Source: a virus
Lineage: Duplodnaviria > Caudoviricetes
Direction: 5' to 3' (one strand)
DNA: 64,000 nucleotides
Virus record (IMG/VR): IMGVR_UViG_3300033076_001247
Location: 1-64,000 of that record
The position numbers and the translations under genes are program-made. Positions 9,327 to 18,033 of the stretch are shown here, piece by piece (within the stretch, counting starts at the first letter, position 1; each line of letters opens with the position of its first letter). The notes under the pieces were generated by a model. It made no database searches. It was not told the origin of the DNA and saw only the letters and a program-made list of their open reading frames with translations.

Positions 9327-9529
9327 TCGGTCACCCACCATGTTGTCGAGTTGAGGGTCGGCGTTGTCGACGGCTTCCAGCCGCCGCAGCCCGAGCAGAA
9401 GACGACGGGCTGGCAGTCGCACGGACCGTCGTTCGTCTGGTGCTTGCCGTCGTAGCCCTCGCGGTGAATGACGACGGCCGTCGCCTCGGCGCAGGTCGCT
9501 CCGTCGCAGGCGTCGAGGTCGACGCTCAC
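9323..9529 (-). CDS. Small Cys-rich hypothetical protein
   Basis: GTGA-coupled; CDC and CSGC motifs. Confidence 0.45.
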   Translation of the reverse strand: MSVDLDACDGATCAEATAVVIHREGYDGKHQTNDGPCDCQPVVFCSGCGGWKPSTTPTLNSTTWWVTE

Positions 9530-9711
9530 GACGCCAACCAGACGCGGACGCCGAGCAGTGCGTAGCGCGGGTTGCGCCCCTTGGTCTCGTCGGCCTGCAT
9601 GATGCGCTCGACGGTCGCCCGCCACGAGCGGCGACCCGTGTGTATGCCGGGGTGGCAGATGCGGCGGCGGCGCTTCGTCCTGCGGCGAAGGAGCCAGATG
9701 CGGGCGCTCAT
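9526..9711 (-). CDS. Small basic hypothetical protein
   Basis: ATGA-coupled ORF. Confidence 0.4.
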   Translation of the reverse strand: MSARIWLLRRRTKRRRRICHPGIHTGRRSWRATVERIMQADETKGRNPRYALLGVRVWLAS

Positions 9712-9932
9712 TCGCGGTTCCGCTCGGCGTAGCCCGCCGCCTCTTCCTTGAGCCGTGCCAGACCGTCCTCAGTGTCCTCGTCGTCGTTTACGAACGACAG
9801 GTCGCAGCGGAGCTCGAGGCGGCCGTTCACCGCGTAGATCTCGAGGAGGCCGTCGTGGCCGGAGTCGAGCGCCCAGACGGGCAGGGCTTCGTCGGCGTGG
9901 ATTCGCTTGGGCTTCGTCTTGTTCTTTGTCAT
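9708..9932 (-). CDS. Hypothetical protein
   Basis: MTKNKTKPK...; ATGA overlap with the terL stop; SD GGAGG-like sequence not clear. Confidence 0.5.
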   Translation of the reverse strand: MTKNKTKPKRIHADEALPVWALDSGHDGLLEIYAVNGRLELRCDLSFVNDDEDTEDGLARLKEEAAGYAERNRE

Positions 9933-12109
9933 CGGCGTCGGAGGTCGAGGTTGAGGACTTGGGCGACGGGCGTCGCGACTTGCGGAAACAGTTGGTCGTA
10001 GGCGGCTGCGAGGGCGTCGACCTGGTCGTCGTGCAGGTCGCCGACGCCAGTGAAGGCGAGCACCTCCTCGACGAACGCGTTGCTCCATGCGGCGTTCATC
10101 GGCACGCTGATGCGCGAGGCGTTCCACGCGGCGGCCGCATTCTGAGACCTGAGAAACTTGTCTGAGCGCGCCGGCATGGTCTCGATGGTGACGCCCATCG
10201 ACTGCATGAGCTGTGCGACGCCGGCCTCCGTGCCGCCCGTGTACCAGCGCATCGGGGCGGCGTAGCGGGCCTTGAGCGAGGCGAGTTGCTGCGCCATCTG
10301 CGGCGCCTCGAGCTGCGCCCGGACGACGTCGAGGACGTAGCAGTGGCCTTGCCCATCGGCGGCGAGGACGACGGCCACCGAGTAGTCCGCCCGGCTCTTG
10401 GCCGTGTACGCAAGGTCGACGCCGATGGCGACGCGCCAGACATGCGACCGGACGACGGTCGTCTGCGGGTCGTAGAGGCGGACGTCTCGGAAGACGGCGC
10501 CGCCTCGAGGGCGCGGCTCGCCCATATAGAGGGAGGCCCAGCTGTACTCGCCGAGCGCCTCGCGCTGCTCCTTGAGCCAAGCGGGCGAGTACCGCTCGGG
10601 CCAGAGCGGGGCGCCCTCGGGCGAGACGGCCTGCAGGTTGACCCGCTCCCACCCGTGCTGCTTGACGAGGCGGCCGGCGAGGTCATCCTCGTGCCAGCGG
10701 GTGTGGACGACGATGACGGAGGCGGCCGGGTTGAGGCGGGTCTTGGCGACGTCGGTAAAGAACTGCCACACCCGCTCGCGCTTGAGCGCGGACTCAGCCT
10801 CGACGCGGTCCTTGTAGGGGTCGTCGATGACGAAGATGCCGTCGACGCTCTTGCCTGTGAGCTGGCCCGAGACGCCTTCGGCGATGAGCCCGCCGCCTCG
10901 AGCGGTGCGCCACCGACGGAGCGCCGCCTGGTCGCTCATCTCGACGCCGGCCGAGTCGGTGATGGACCGGATGCGCCGGCTTTGGTCGGTCGCGAAGTTA
11001 CCGGCGTAAGTGACGTAGGCGTGCGTTCGCGTCGGGTCTTGAGCGAGGTGCCACGCAAGCGCGTGCATGATCGTCTCGCTCTTGCCGTGCTGCGGCGGGG
11101 CGGAGACGACGGCTCGGACCGGCTCGTGGCGGGCGCGCTCGAGGAGGGCGACAAGGGGCGCGAGGTGGCGCGGGGCGATAAGGGATCCGCCGCTGACGCG
11201 CTCGATGAACGAGTTCAACGGCTCGGCGGCGGTCCGCATGTCGGCGCTCAGGATGGGCGCGACGAGCATCCGGCGCTGCCATGCCGACTCGTCCATGTCC
11301 TTCTTGCGCCGCTCGACGCGCTCGAGGTTCCACTTCTCGGGCCACGTCGGGGCGCCTGCAGCGTCGACGACCGGCGAGCGGACGATCTGCACGTCGGGCT
11401 GCGAGGCGAGTCGGGACACGGCGTCGTCCGGGTGCAGCGGCGTCCCGAGGGCGACGACGGCCCCATAGGGCGAGACCGACGCAAACAGGACCGCCTCGAA
11501 CCAGTCGCGAATGAGCTGGCGGGCGCCCGGCGTGCGGACGTGCTCGTCGGCGAGGGCGTCGTCGATGACGAGCAGGTCGATGGGGGCGCGGGAGACGAGG
11601 CCGAGGCCGGTCCCGACCGCCTGGACGGACGGGTCGCGGTGGACCCTGCCGGCGACCGCGAGGCTGCGGGCCTTCGGTTCCCCGTCGAGGCGCAGGTCGG
11701 GGAAGACGTGGCGCAGCTCGGGCGACGAGTCCAGGTAGCGGGCGACGAGCCCGAGGACCGTCCGAGCCGCCGGCAGGGTGCGCCCGACGATGACGATGCG
11801 GGCGTTCCTGTTCTTCCCGAGGGTGTGCAGGATTCGCGAGACGGACCAGAGCGACCGGCCCGACTGGTCGTGCGCCCAGAGGACGGTGCGGCGGCTGCGC
11901 TCGGCGGTGAGGTGCCACCGGATCTGCTCGCCCGAGAGCTTGACCTTCTCGCCGGTGGCCGTGTCGCGCAACACCATCTCCGCAAACGACAGCGGATCGG
12001 CGGCGGCGAGCGCGTAGTGCGCCTGCCTCGCCCGCTGCCCGGCGCGGCGGAGTTCCACCATCGCAAGGCGCTCGGCCGTCTCGCGGTCGTAGACCGACGG
12101 GTTGGTCAC
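9929..12109 (-). CDS. terL: Terminase large subunit with two tandem ATPase domains plus an RNase H-like nuclease
   Basis: Walker A APPQHGKS, Walker B FVIDD, HTRWHEDD, nuclease GVDLA...HDDQVDA, plus an extra N-terminal ATPase-like domain. GTG start overlaps the methylase stop. Confidence 0.9.
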   Translation of the reverse strand: MTNPSVYDRETAERLAMVELRRAGQRARQAHYALAAADPLSFAEMVLRDTATGEKVKLSGEQIRWHLTAERSRRTVLWAHDQSGRSLWSVSRILHTLGKNRNARIVIVGRTLPAARTVLGLVARYLDSSPELRHVFPDLRLDGEPKARSLAVAGRVHRDPSVQAVGTGLGLVSRAPIDLLVIDDALADEHVRTPGARQLIRDWFEAVLFASVSPYGAVVALGTPLHPDDAVSRLASQPDVQIVRSPVVDAAGAPTWPEKWNLERVERRKKDMDESAWQRRMLVAPILSADMRTAAEPLNSFIERVSGGSLIAPRHLAPLVALLERARHEPVRAVVSAPPQHGKSETIMHALAWHLAQDPTRTHAYVTYAGNFATDQSRRIRSITDSAGVEMSDQAALRRWRTARGGGLIAEGVSGQLTGKSVDGIFVIDDPYKDRVEAESALKRERVWQFFTDVAKTRLNPAASVIVVHTRWHEDDLAGRLVKQHGWERVNLQAVSPEGAPLWPERYSPAWLKEQREALGEYSWASLYMGEPRPRGGAVFRDVRLYDPQTTVVRSHVWRVAIGVDLAYTAKSRADYSVAVVLAADGQGHCYVLDVVRAQLEAPQMAQQLASLKARYAAPMRWYTGGTEAGVAQLMQSMGVTIETMPARSDKFLRSQNAAAAWNASRISVPMNAAWSNAFVEEVLAFTGVGDLHDDQVDALAAAYDQLFPQVATPVAQVLNLDLRRR

Positions 12110-12549
12110 GGACAGGCTCGGGCGCGGAAGGTCAGGAGCATCGACGGGAAGGGCGCGCCCACCTTGGCGTCGCCGAACTTGAGCCGACCGCGCAGGAACT
12201 CGACGGCGCAGTCTGGGTTGTGCAGGCAGTGGTCGTGGAACCACGCGACGTCGGTGCGGCTCGGGACGAGCATCACAACGACGGTCGACGGGGCGTCCTT
12301 GACCGACTGCGCGGCCTTCTCGACCCACCGGCCGATGCCGCGCCCGTAGGGCGGGTTGCACCAGGCGCGCTCGCCGGCCCACGACTGCGCGAGGCCGTCG
12401 GCCGCCTCGTCGTAGAAGCGGGCGCATTTGGCGTTGCCGGCGTCGGCCGCGACGTCGACGGTGAACCGCCAGACGGCATCGAGCCGGTCGAACAACGCCT
12501 GCGGCGTCGCCCACTCGACGGTCTTGGACTGCGCGATGTAGCCGCTCAC
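12106..12549 (-). CDS. Phage N6-adenine DNA methyltransferase (Dam-like)
   Basis: WATPQ...F.VDVAA...WCNPPYG...VVMLVPSRTD..WFH...FLRGRLKF. Confidence 0.9.
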   Translation of the reverse strand: MSGYIAQSKTVEWATPQALFDRLDAVWRFTVDVAADAGNAKCARFYDEAADGLAQSWAGERAWCNPPYGRGIGRWVEKAAQSVKDAPSTVVVMLVPSRTDVAWFHDHCLHNPDCAVEFLRGRLKFGDAKVGAPFPSMLLTFRARACP

Positions 12550-12839
12550 GCGCCGGTCTCAGGCTGGTAGCGGACGCCACAGAACGGGCAGTACCGGATG
12601 GGCGATACCGTGACCTTGCCGCTCGGGTGCAGGCGGCGGATCTGGTGATACGACCGGAGTTCCGGCCGCTTACCGCGCAGGGCGAGGCCCGACAGCGCCA
12701 TGTCCTCGCAGCAGTCGGCCCGCTCGGTCTCGTCGTCGGTGAGCCTGTCGCGGGCGGCGGCCTGCCGCTTGTTCTCGGCCTTGTGGGCGATTCGGCGCGC
12801 CGCGTCGTGCATCGCGCTGGCGATCTCCTCGGCGGTCAC
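12546..12839 (-). CDS. Hypothetical protein with C-terminal YCPFCG
   Basis: CC...YCPFCG; GTGA-coupled. Confidence 0.55.
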   Translation of the reverse strand: MTAEEIASAMHDAARRIAHKAENKRQAAARDRLTDDETERADCCEDMALSGLALRGKRPELRSYHQIRRLHPSGKVTVSPIRYCPFCGVRYQPETGA

Positions 12840-13093
12840 AGCTGCACCTCGGGGTTGGCCTTTGCCGCCTCGGCCTTTATGGTCTCGACGAGCCCCGCGA
12901 CGCGGTCGCGGCAGGTCTGGTCGTGGAGGGCGCCGAAGAGGTGGATGGTGCGGTTGATGTCGCGCTCCGACGGGGTGCGACGCCCCGGCGAGACGAGCGG
13001 CTGCACGGTCCCGCAGAGGCGGCACTCGACGGAGGTGACCCGCCCGCGCGGGTGCCGGCGGACGACAACCTGGACGTGGTCGGGCCTTCTCAT
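12836..13093 (-). CDS. Hypothetical protein (CxxC...H..C)
   Basis: ATGA-coupled; possible Zn site. Confidence 0.55.
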   Translation of the reverse strand: MRRPDHVQVVVRRHPRGRVTSVECRLCGTVQPLVSPGRRTPSERDINRTIHLFGALHDQTCRDRVAGLVETIKAEAAKANPEVQL

Positions 13094-14010
13094 GCCTCTG
13101 CCACCTTTGTTCGCCCTCCGAGGGCGTTCTGGGATTCGACGACGAGCCCGAGCTGCCGGGCGCGCTGGACTGCGGCCTCGGCCTCTTGGACTGCGGAGAC
13201 GGCCTCGTCGACGCTGATCTCGTGTTGGACGACGCCGATGATGGCCTGCGGGGCGCCGACGTGCAGGCGCTCGAGTTCGATGACGACCTGCGCCGCGAGC
13301 GTCGCGTCCTTCACCGTGCGGGATATCTGCCCGATGGTCGAGGCCGCCTTGTCGATGGGTATCTGGCCGGCGTCGATGGCGGCGCGGAGCTGGTCGGCGA
13401 GTTTGGCGAGGCCGGGCATCAAGCGCATCGTCCCGCCGAGGGTGCCGATGGCCGCGCCTCGAGCCAAACGGACGAGCTGCGCCTCCTGCGTGCGCGCCTC
13501 GAGCGCCTGCTGCCTGGCCTTCTCGCGCTCCGCCTCCTCGGCGGCTTCCTTCGCCGCTCGAGCTCGGGCGGCTTCCTCCCGCTCCCGGAGCGCCTGCTCG
13601 GCGATGCGCCGGCGCAGCTCGTCGGCCTCGGCCTCGGCCTTTTGAATCTCGGCGACCGTGTCGGCCTGCCGGCGGGCCTCGACGTCGGCGAGGGCGGCTT
13701 GCCGCTTGGCGGCGGCGCGCTCGTCGGCTGCCTGTTGCTTCGCTGTTCGCTTTCGCTGGCGCTCAGCGTCGACCTGCGACTCGACGGCGGCCTCGAGCGA
13801 GGCGCGGACCTCCGCCGAGTCTTCGGTCAGAACGAGTGCGATGGGTCGCGCCCACTCCCAGCGGTCGGGCCAGCCGACGTTGTAGGCGCGGCGCGCGGTG
13901 ACACGGGAGACATCGGCGGCCTTGGCCGCTCGGTGCCAGTTGGTCCCGTGCGTTCGGAACGCCTCGACGAGCCGCAGGTAGGTGTGCTTGTCGATGAAGC
14001 GTTCAGGCAT
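13090..14010 (-). CDS. Putative terminase small subunit (N-terminal HTH plus long coiled coil)
   Basis: HTH-like NWHRAAKAADVSRVTARR; first gene of the packaging operon. Confidence 0.55.
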   Translation of the reverse strand: MPERFIDKHTYLRLVEAFRTHGTNWHRAAKAADVSRVTARRAYNVGWPDRWEWARPIALVLTEDSAEVRASLEAAVESQVDAERQRKRTAKQQAADERAAAKRQAALADVEARRQADTVAEIQKAEAEADELRRRIAEQALREREEAARARAAKEAAEEAEREKARQQALEARTQEAQLVRLARGAAIGTLGGTMRLMPGLAKLADQLRAAIDAGQIPIDKAASTIGQISRTVKDATLAAQVVIELERLHVGAPQAIIGVVQHEISVDEAVSAVQEAEAAVQRARQLGLVVESQNALGGRTKVAEA

Positions 14011-14011
14011 C

Positions 14012-14132
14012 TTCCGACACCCTACTTCCGACATGTCGCAAAGAGCAAGCGAGGTGTCGCAAGTTGGCGGTCGTAATCCTGTCGAATCGCGCTAGGCCGC
14101 GCCGGTACTGAACGAAAACTCAAGATGCGACA
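14012..14132. repeat. Array of TT(G/C)CGACA half-sites including a near-perfect 16-bp palindrome
   Basis: TTCCGACA at 14012 and 14026, TGTCGCAA at 14034 and 14055, ATGCGACA at 14125. Confidence 0.6.
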
Positions 14133-14157
14133 CTTCCACCGAAGGTCGTCTCTGACG

Positions 14158-14376
14158 CTACTCCCCCACCCACCCGTTGCCCCTGGCGAACTGGAGCGCC
14201 CTCGCCACGGTCGGGAAGTAGAGCGCATGGCTCTCGACGCCCTCTCCGATGTGCCAGCCCTTGAGCCTGGTCGAGCCGCACCAGACGTGGCCGTCGACGC
14301 AGGCGAGGGAGGCGCCGCCGTTCGGGTAGCAGACGACGGTGACGGCGGCGGAAGGGTCGGGGCGTTCGTAGGTCAT
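14158..14376 (-). CDS. Hypothetical protein
   Basis: 72-aa ORF with plausible composition. Confidence 0.5.
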   Translation of the reverse strand: MTYERPDPSAAVTVVCYPNGGASLACVDGHVWCGSTRLKGWHIGEGVESHALYFPTVARALQFARGNGWVGE

Positions 14377-14560
14377 GGGACCGGATTCCCTAGCGCCGAG
14401 GCGGGAGTCGGGATAGGTGACGCGGACCAGCTCGAGAGAGCGGACCCGCCCATGACGGGCGAGGATATGGGCGCAAGCCTGTGGCCGACGGTCCGATGGC
14501 TCACGCGGTGGTGTTTTGTGTTGCCGGGGGCGGTGCCGTGCAGGTTACGGGCCGCCCTCG

Positions 14561-14776
14561 TTACGTTTCTCCGCCGACGAGCTCCCACAGGTCGTCTTTG
14601 CGGGTGCCGAGGCGTCGCCAGACGGAGACCTCGTCGCTGAACCATCTGCGGACGGCGAGCTCGTCATCGGTCTCACGGACGACGGAGTGCGCCATGCCGA
14701 TGACCTGGTCGCGGCGGGCGCGGGCTCGGCCGGCGGTACCGAGGCCGGAGGACAGGTCGTACAGGGTGGCGCTCAT
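14561..14776 (-). CDS. Hypothetical protein
   Basis: 71-aa ORF with SD GAGG. Confidence 0.45.
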   Translation of the reverse strand: MSATLYDLSSGLGTAGRARARRDQVIGMAHSVVRETDDELAVRRWFSDEVSVWRRLGTRKDDLWELVGGET

Positions 14777-14896
14777 GGACGGGTGCCTCGCGAACGGAAA
14801 CGGGGTCAGCAGCGATTCGGGAGGGGTCGGCGCTGTCTGCGGACATTGAACACACCAGACGCGAAGCGCGGGCCGTTCCTGCCGGTCGTGATTATG

Positions 14897-15169
14897 TCAA
14901 GTGCGTCGGCGGGCGGCGCGGGACTGATCGGCGAGGTCGGCGAGGACGGCGTCTCGGACCCGGTCGCCTCGCGGCGTGACGCGGTACGTCAAGCCGTCGC
15001 GGTGGAGTGTGCCGATATTGCACAGCGCCTCGAGGACGGCGCGGGCGCGGATGCGCGGCTCTCGGACGGACTCCTCATCGAGGAACCAGGTCACGTCGGC
15101 CTCAGTCGTCTCCGAGTCGAACCGGATGAGCACCGTACGCATGAGCGGGGAGAGCGGGGGGAGCATCAC
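14897..15169 (-). CDS. Small winged-helix-like protein
   Basis: LEALCNIGTL...YRVTPRG wing-like motif; GTGA-coupled. Confidence 0.5.
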   Translation of the reverse strand: MMLPPLSPLMRTVLIRFDSETTEADVTWFLDEESVREPRIRARAVLEALCNIGTLHRDGLTYRVTPRGDRVRDAVLADLADQSRAARRRT

Positions 15170-15663
15170 TTGGTAAGTATTACCGCACGGCCGGTGTCGG
15201 ACTGAAGCAGATTCCAGAGCGGCAGCACCTCGTCTCGGTTGACCCCGTGAGTCGTGAGCCAATGGCACCACTCAGCCAGCTTCTCGACGCGGCTCGTGAT
15301 GATGGTCCGCAGGCCGCGCTCGTGCCGGTTCCGCACCAGCATGACGAAGTCGTAAAGGACGCCGGGGTCGATGTACCCGTGCGCCTTGTAGAAAACGACG
15401 ACCGGCGCGTTCTGAACCCGGAGCATCTCGTCGTCCGACGGGATGCTCATGTTCGGTTCAATCATGTCGCACCAGGGCGCGCCGACCTTGTTGTCGGGCG
15501 TGAGGCTCGCCATGAGGTAGCGGGCGACAGCCGGCGCCGAGATGTCGGCCGGGTCGTCGAGCACGAGCAAGGTGCGGAGGGTGGGCGTCTCGACGAGGCG
15601 CTGAACGGCGCCCTCGGCGGCGCGGTGCAGGGGCGAGCGTGCTTTCGGGGCGATGAACTTCAT
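15166..15663 (-). CDS. Degenerate DnaC/IstB-like protein
   Basis: RHERGLRTIITS aligns with RHDNGRKTIITT of the neighbouring gene; no Walker A motif. Confidence 0.55.
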   Translation of the reverse strand: MKFIAPKARSPLHRAAEGAVQRLVETPTLRTLLVLDDPADISAPAVARYLMASLTPDNKVGAPWCDMIEPNMSIPSDDEMLRVQNAPVVVFYKAHGYIDPGVLYDFVMLVRNRHERGLRTIITSRVEKLAEWCHWLTTHGVNRDEVLPLWNLLQSDTGRAVILTK

Positions 15664-16424
15664 TCAGCGGACTCCTGCGTGTGGGTGGGTCGGATGTCGT
15701 CGCCCTTGCAGACAACGAAGCGGGTGGCGGTCGGGTCGGACAGGCGCGACATGAGGCTGTCGGTGTACCGCAGGTCCATGAACTGGTTGCGGTACTGGAC
15801 GGCCTGCTCGGGTGTGACGACCTTGGACGACCGGCGAAGGTTGGTCGTGATGATGGTCTTCCGGCCGTTGTCGTGGCGGTCGAGGATGAGGGAGAGCACC
15901 TGGTCGCTCGCCCAGTCGCCCGACTCGCGGCCGAGGTCGTCGACGACGAGCAGGTGAGCGTCGATGCAGGCGTCCCGCTTGGCGGTCCATCGGTCGCCGA
16001 CGGTGACGCGGGAGGCGTGGAGGAACTGGCAGACCTTGTGCTTTGCCATGTCCCAGAGCGACGGGTGGGCGAGGGGGTAGATGGCAGCGTAGGTCTTGCC
16101 ACGACCGGCCTTGCCGGCGAGGACGAGGGTGGCGAGCTCGGGGCGGGCGAGGAAGGCAGCGACAGCCTCGACGGCGGCTTGACTGCCCTCGTGACCGGGC
16201 AGGGCCGGGCAGAAGGCGGGGCCGGTCGCGATGGTCTCGACGAGGCGCTCGTTCTCGACACCGGCGAACCGGAGGCAGCCCCGGCGGCGGTCGGAGACGT
16301 CGATGGTGACGACGACGGGCTCGGGCCGAGCGACGGGCTCCGGCTCGGGCGGCATCTCGACGCGCTCTTCGAGTTCGGGGCCGGAGTAGTTTTCCCAGGG
16401 GGCGAGTTCGGACAGGGGCTTCAT
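15660..16424 (-). CDS. DnaC/IstB-like AAA+ helicase loader
   Basis: Walker A GKAGRGKT, Walker B LLVVDDLG, TIITTN. Confidence 0.85.
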   Translation of the reverse strand: MKPLSELAPWENYSGPELEERVEMPPEPEPVARPEPVVVTIDVSDRRRGCLRFAGVENERLVETIATGPAFCPALPGHEGSQAAVEAVAAFLARPELATLVLAGKAGRGKTYAAIYPLAHPSLWDMAKHKVCQFLHASRVTVGDRWTAKRDACIDAHLLVVDDLGRESGDWASDQVLSLILDRHDNGRKTIITTNLRRSSKVVTPEQAVQYRNQFMDLRYTDSLMSRLSDPTATRFVVCKGDDIRPTHTQESAE

Positions 16425-16448
16425 GGCGGGTTCCTTTCGGGCGGCGGC

Positions 16449-17486
16449 TTAGGCTTCGCCGGCCCAGAGGCCGTCGAGGTCGCGACCGGTGATGTGCTTG
16501 GAGGGTTGCGGGCCGGCGGACTGGACGACCTTGGCCTTGAGACCGGCGGCCTTCTGGGCGGCCTCGGGCGCGACGAGGGCTCGGATGGGGAGGTGAGCGC
16601 TGTACGGGTCGGTGTGCAGGGTCTCGAGCACCCAGACGAGCTCGTCGATGCCGCGCGCCTTGCGCTGCTGAAAAAAGAAGATCCGGTCTTCCTTCGTCAA
16701 CGCGGGCGGGAAGGGCGGCCGCTTGAGCTCGACGTAGCGGGCCACCCAGCGGTCGAGGTCGGCCGTGGCGGTCGGTTCGTCCTCGGGCTCTTCGGGGCGC
16801 TTGCGTCGACGGTCGGGCTTGCCGGTGGCCGGCAGGAGGCTTGCCTGTCCGGTGACGTCGACGACGGGTGTCGGGCGGGCGGGCGCTGCCGGCTGCATCG
16901 CCGTCGGCTGCGGGTCGGTCGTCTCTGCCAGCAGGAGGGGCGCCGGTCCGAGGTCGCCTTCCGCGCCGGCGTCAGCCGGCGAAGGTTCGGGAGAAGAGAC
17001 GAGAGGCGAGACACGAGACACGAGAGGCGAGAGACGAGAAGCGAGAGACGAGATACGAGAAGACGGATCATCGGCTTGCGTCTGCTTGCAGATGATCGCA
17101 GGTGCAAGCAGGGGCGTGCCGTTGCCGACAATGTCCTCCGCGTGCAAGAGTTGCGCGCCCTCGGGGCTCGGGTACTTGCTCTTGCCGGCGCGGACGTTCT
17201 GGTAGGTGTGCCAGTTCGAGAACCCGATAAACCTCGCGCCCTTGACCTCGTAGGCGTGCAGGATGTCGACCTCGACCAGCTTCGCGATCCAGGACAGGAC
17301 GTGCTGGTCGGTCACCTCGGGCTTGAGCGGGTAGGCTCGCCCCCGGATGACCGGCGGGCGGGCGTCGAACCGGCCGTAGTCGTCCGAGATGAGGAGGAGA
17401 CGGAAGAAGAACCGCTCCTCGTCGGCCGTGAGCTGGTCGATATTCGCGCTAACGAGAATGGCGTCCTTGATGATTCGGTTCGGCAT
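16449..17486 (-). CDS. Phage replication initiator
   Basis: N-terminal MPNRIIK...FFRLL..SDDYGRF winged-helix type, low-complexity linker with repeats, followed by a DnaC-like gene. Confidence 0.8.
   Translation of the reverse strand: MPNRIIKDAILVSANIDQLTADEERFFFRLLLISDDYGRFDARPPVIRGRAYPLKPEVTDQHVLSWIAKLVEVDILHAYEVKGARFIGFSNWHTYQNVRAGKSKYPSPEGAQLLHAEDIVGNGTPLLAPAIICKQTQADDPSSRISSLASRLSPLVSRVSPLVSSPEPSPADAGAEGDLGPAPLLLAETTDPQPTAMQPAAPARPTPVVDVTGQASLLPATGKPDRRRKRPEEPEDEPTATADLDRWVARYVELKRPPFPPALTKEDRIFFFQQRKARGIDELVWVLETLHTDPYSAHLPIRALVAPEAAQKAAGLKAKVVQSAGPQPSKHITGRDLDGLWAGEA
16999..17061. repeat. Nine tandem 7-bp RCGAGAN repeats, candidate replication-origin iterons
   Basis: ACGAGAG GCGAGAC ACGAGAC ACGAGAG GCGAGAG ACGAGAA GCGAGAG ACGAGAT ACGAGAA inside the initiator gene. 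Confidence 0.7.
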
Positions 17487-17490
17487 GGTC

Positions 17491-17958
17491 CTACCGGCCC
17501 AACTGGTGGGAGAGGAGGTCGATAACGTCTGGGGATGAAACGGCTTCCATCATCTCGACAATGTGCTCGTCCTTCAGATCGCAGGCAGGCAGCTTGCTCA
17601 GTTGGCTGCAAACGACTGTCGCCGATGACATTGGCATGTCGGCAGTGACTCCAGAGACACGAATGAGGCCGGTAATACCATCGCCCTTCATGTACCCCTG
17701 TCTGAAAAAGTCCCGCGTGATCTCGGCCAGCTCTTTGCGCGTCAACGGTTCCCCGTTGTCGTGTCGCAGGTCGAGGCGCTCGTAGACCTGTGCAAACGTC
17801 AGCCGGTACAGCCCCGGCACCGCCGGATAGGTGTGTGGACCTGTCGTGATGAACATCCACGCGAGCTTCTGATGCGAACTCATGGCTCGGAAGTACGCAT
17901 CCGCCCACGGTTCCCATCGGGACATCTGGACCAGCTTCGCCTTTTCGTATCCTGCCAT
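17491..17958 (-). CDS. Initiator-like N-terminal wHTH protein
   Basis: W.D..F..MS...KL.WM...T.P....PGLY pattern, resembling phage replication protein N-termini. Confidence 0.55.
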   Translation of the reverse strand: MAGYEKAKLVQMSRWEPWADAYFRAMSSHQKLAWMFITTGPHTYPAVPGLYRLTFAQVYERLDLRHDNGEPLTRKELAEITRDFFRQGYMKGDGITGLIRVSGVTADMPMSSATVVCSQLSKLPACDLKDEHIVEMMEAVSSPDVIDLLSHQLGR

Positions 17959-18004
17959 CCGCCCTCCTTCCTGACTTGAGGTTGACACCTCGGTTGCTTT
18001 TGTC

Positions 18005-18033
18005 TTGACCGCTACGGGCCTCTCCCGTAAAGT
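18005..18033 (+). promoter_or_regulatory. Sigma70-type promoter with a palindromic operator
   Basis: TTGACC-17 bp-TAAAGT; TACGGG-N5-CCCGTA palindrome overlaps the spacer and -10. Confidence 0.7.

Noticed and set aside
11240-12109. Extra TerL region as an intein
   Set aside because: No intein terminal residues or LAGLIDADG motifs; it carries ATPase motifs and is N-terminal rather than inserted.
3362-12349. Long plus-strand ORFs (3362..4819, 7587..9455, 10286..12349)
   Set aside because: Antisense shadows of GC-rich minus-strand genes with clear motifs; they carry no motifs of their own.
12110-12580. 883-aa TerL start given in the ORF track
   Set aside because: The extension overlaps the Dam-like gene in another frame and is Arg-rich noise; GTG 12109 gives a coupled GTGA start.
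14880-14901. Perfect TTGACA on the minus strand
   Set aside because: No plausible -10 element at 16-18 bp.
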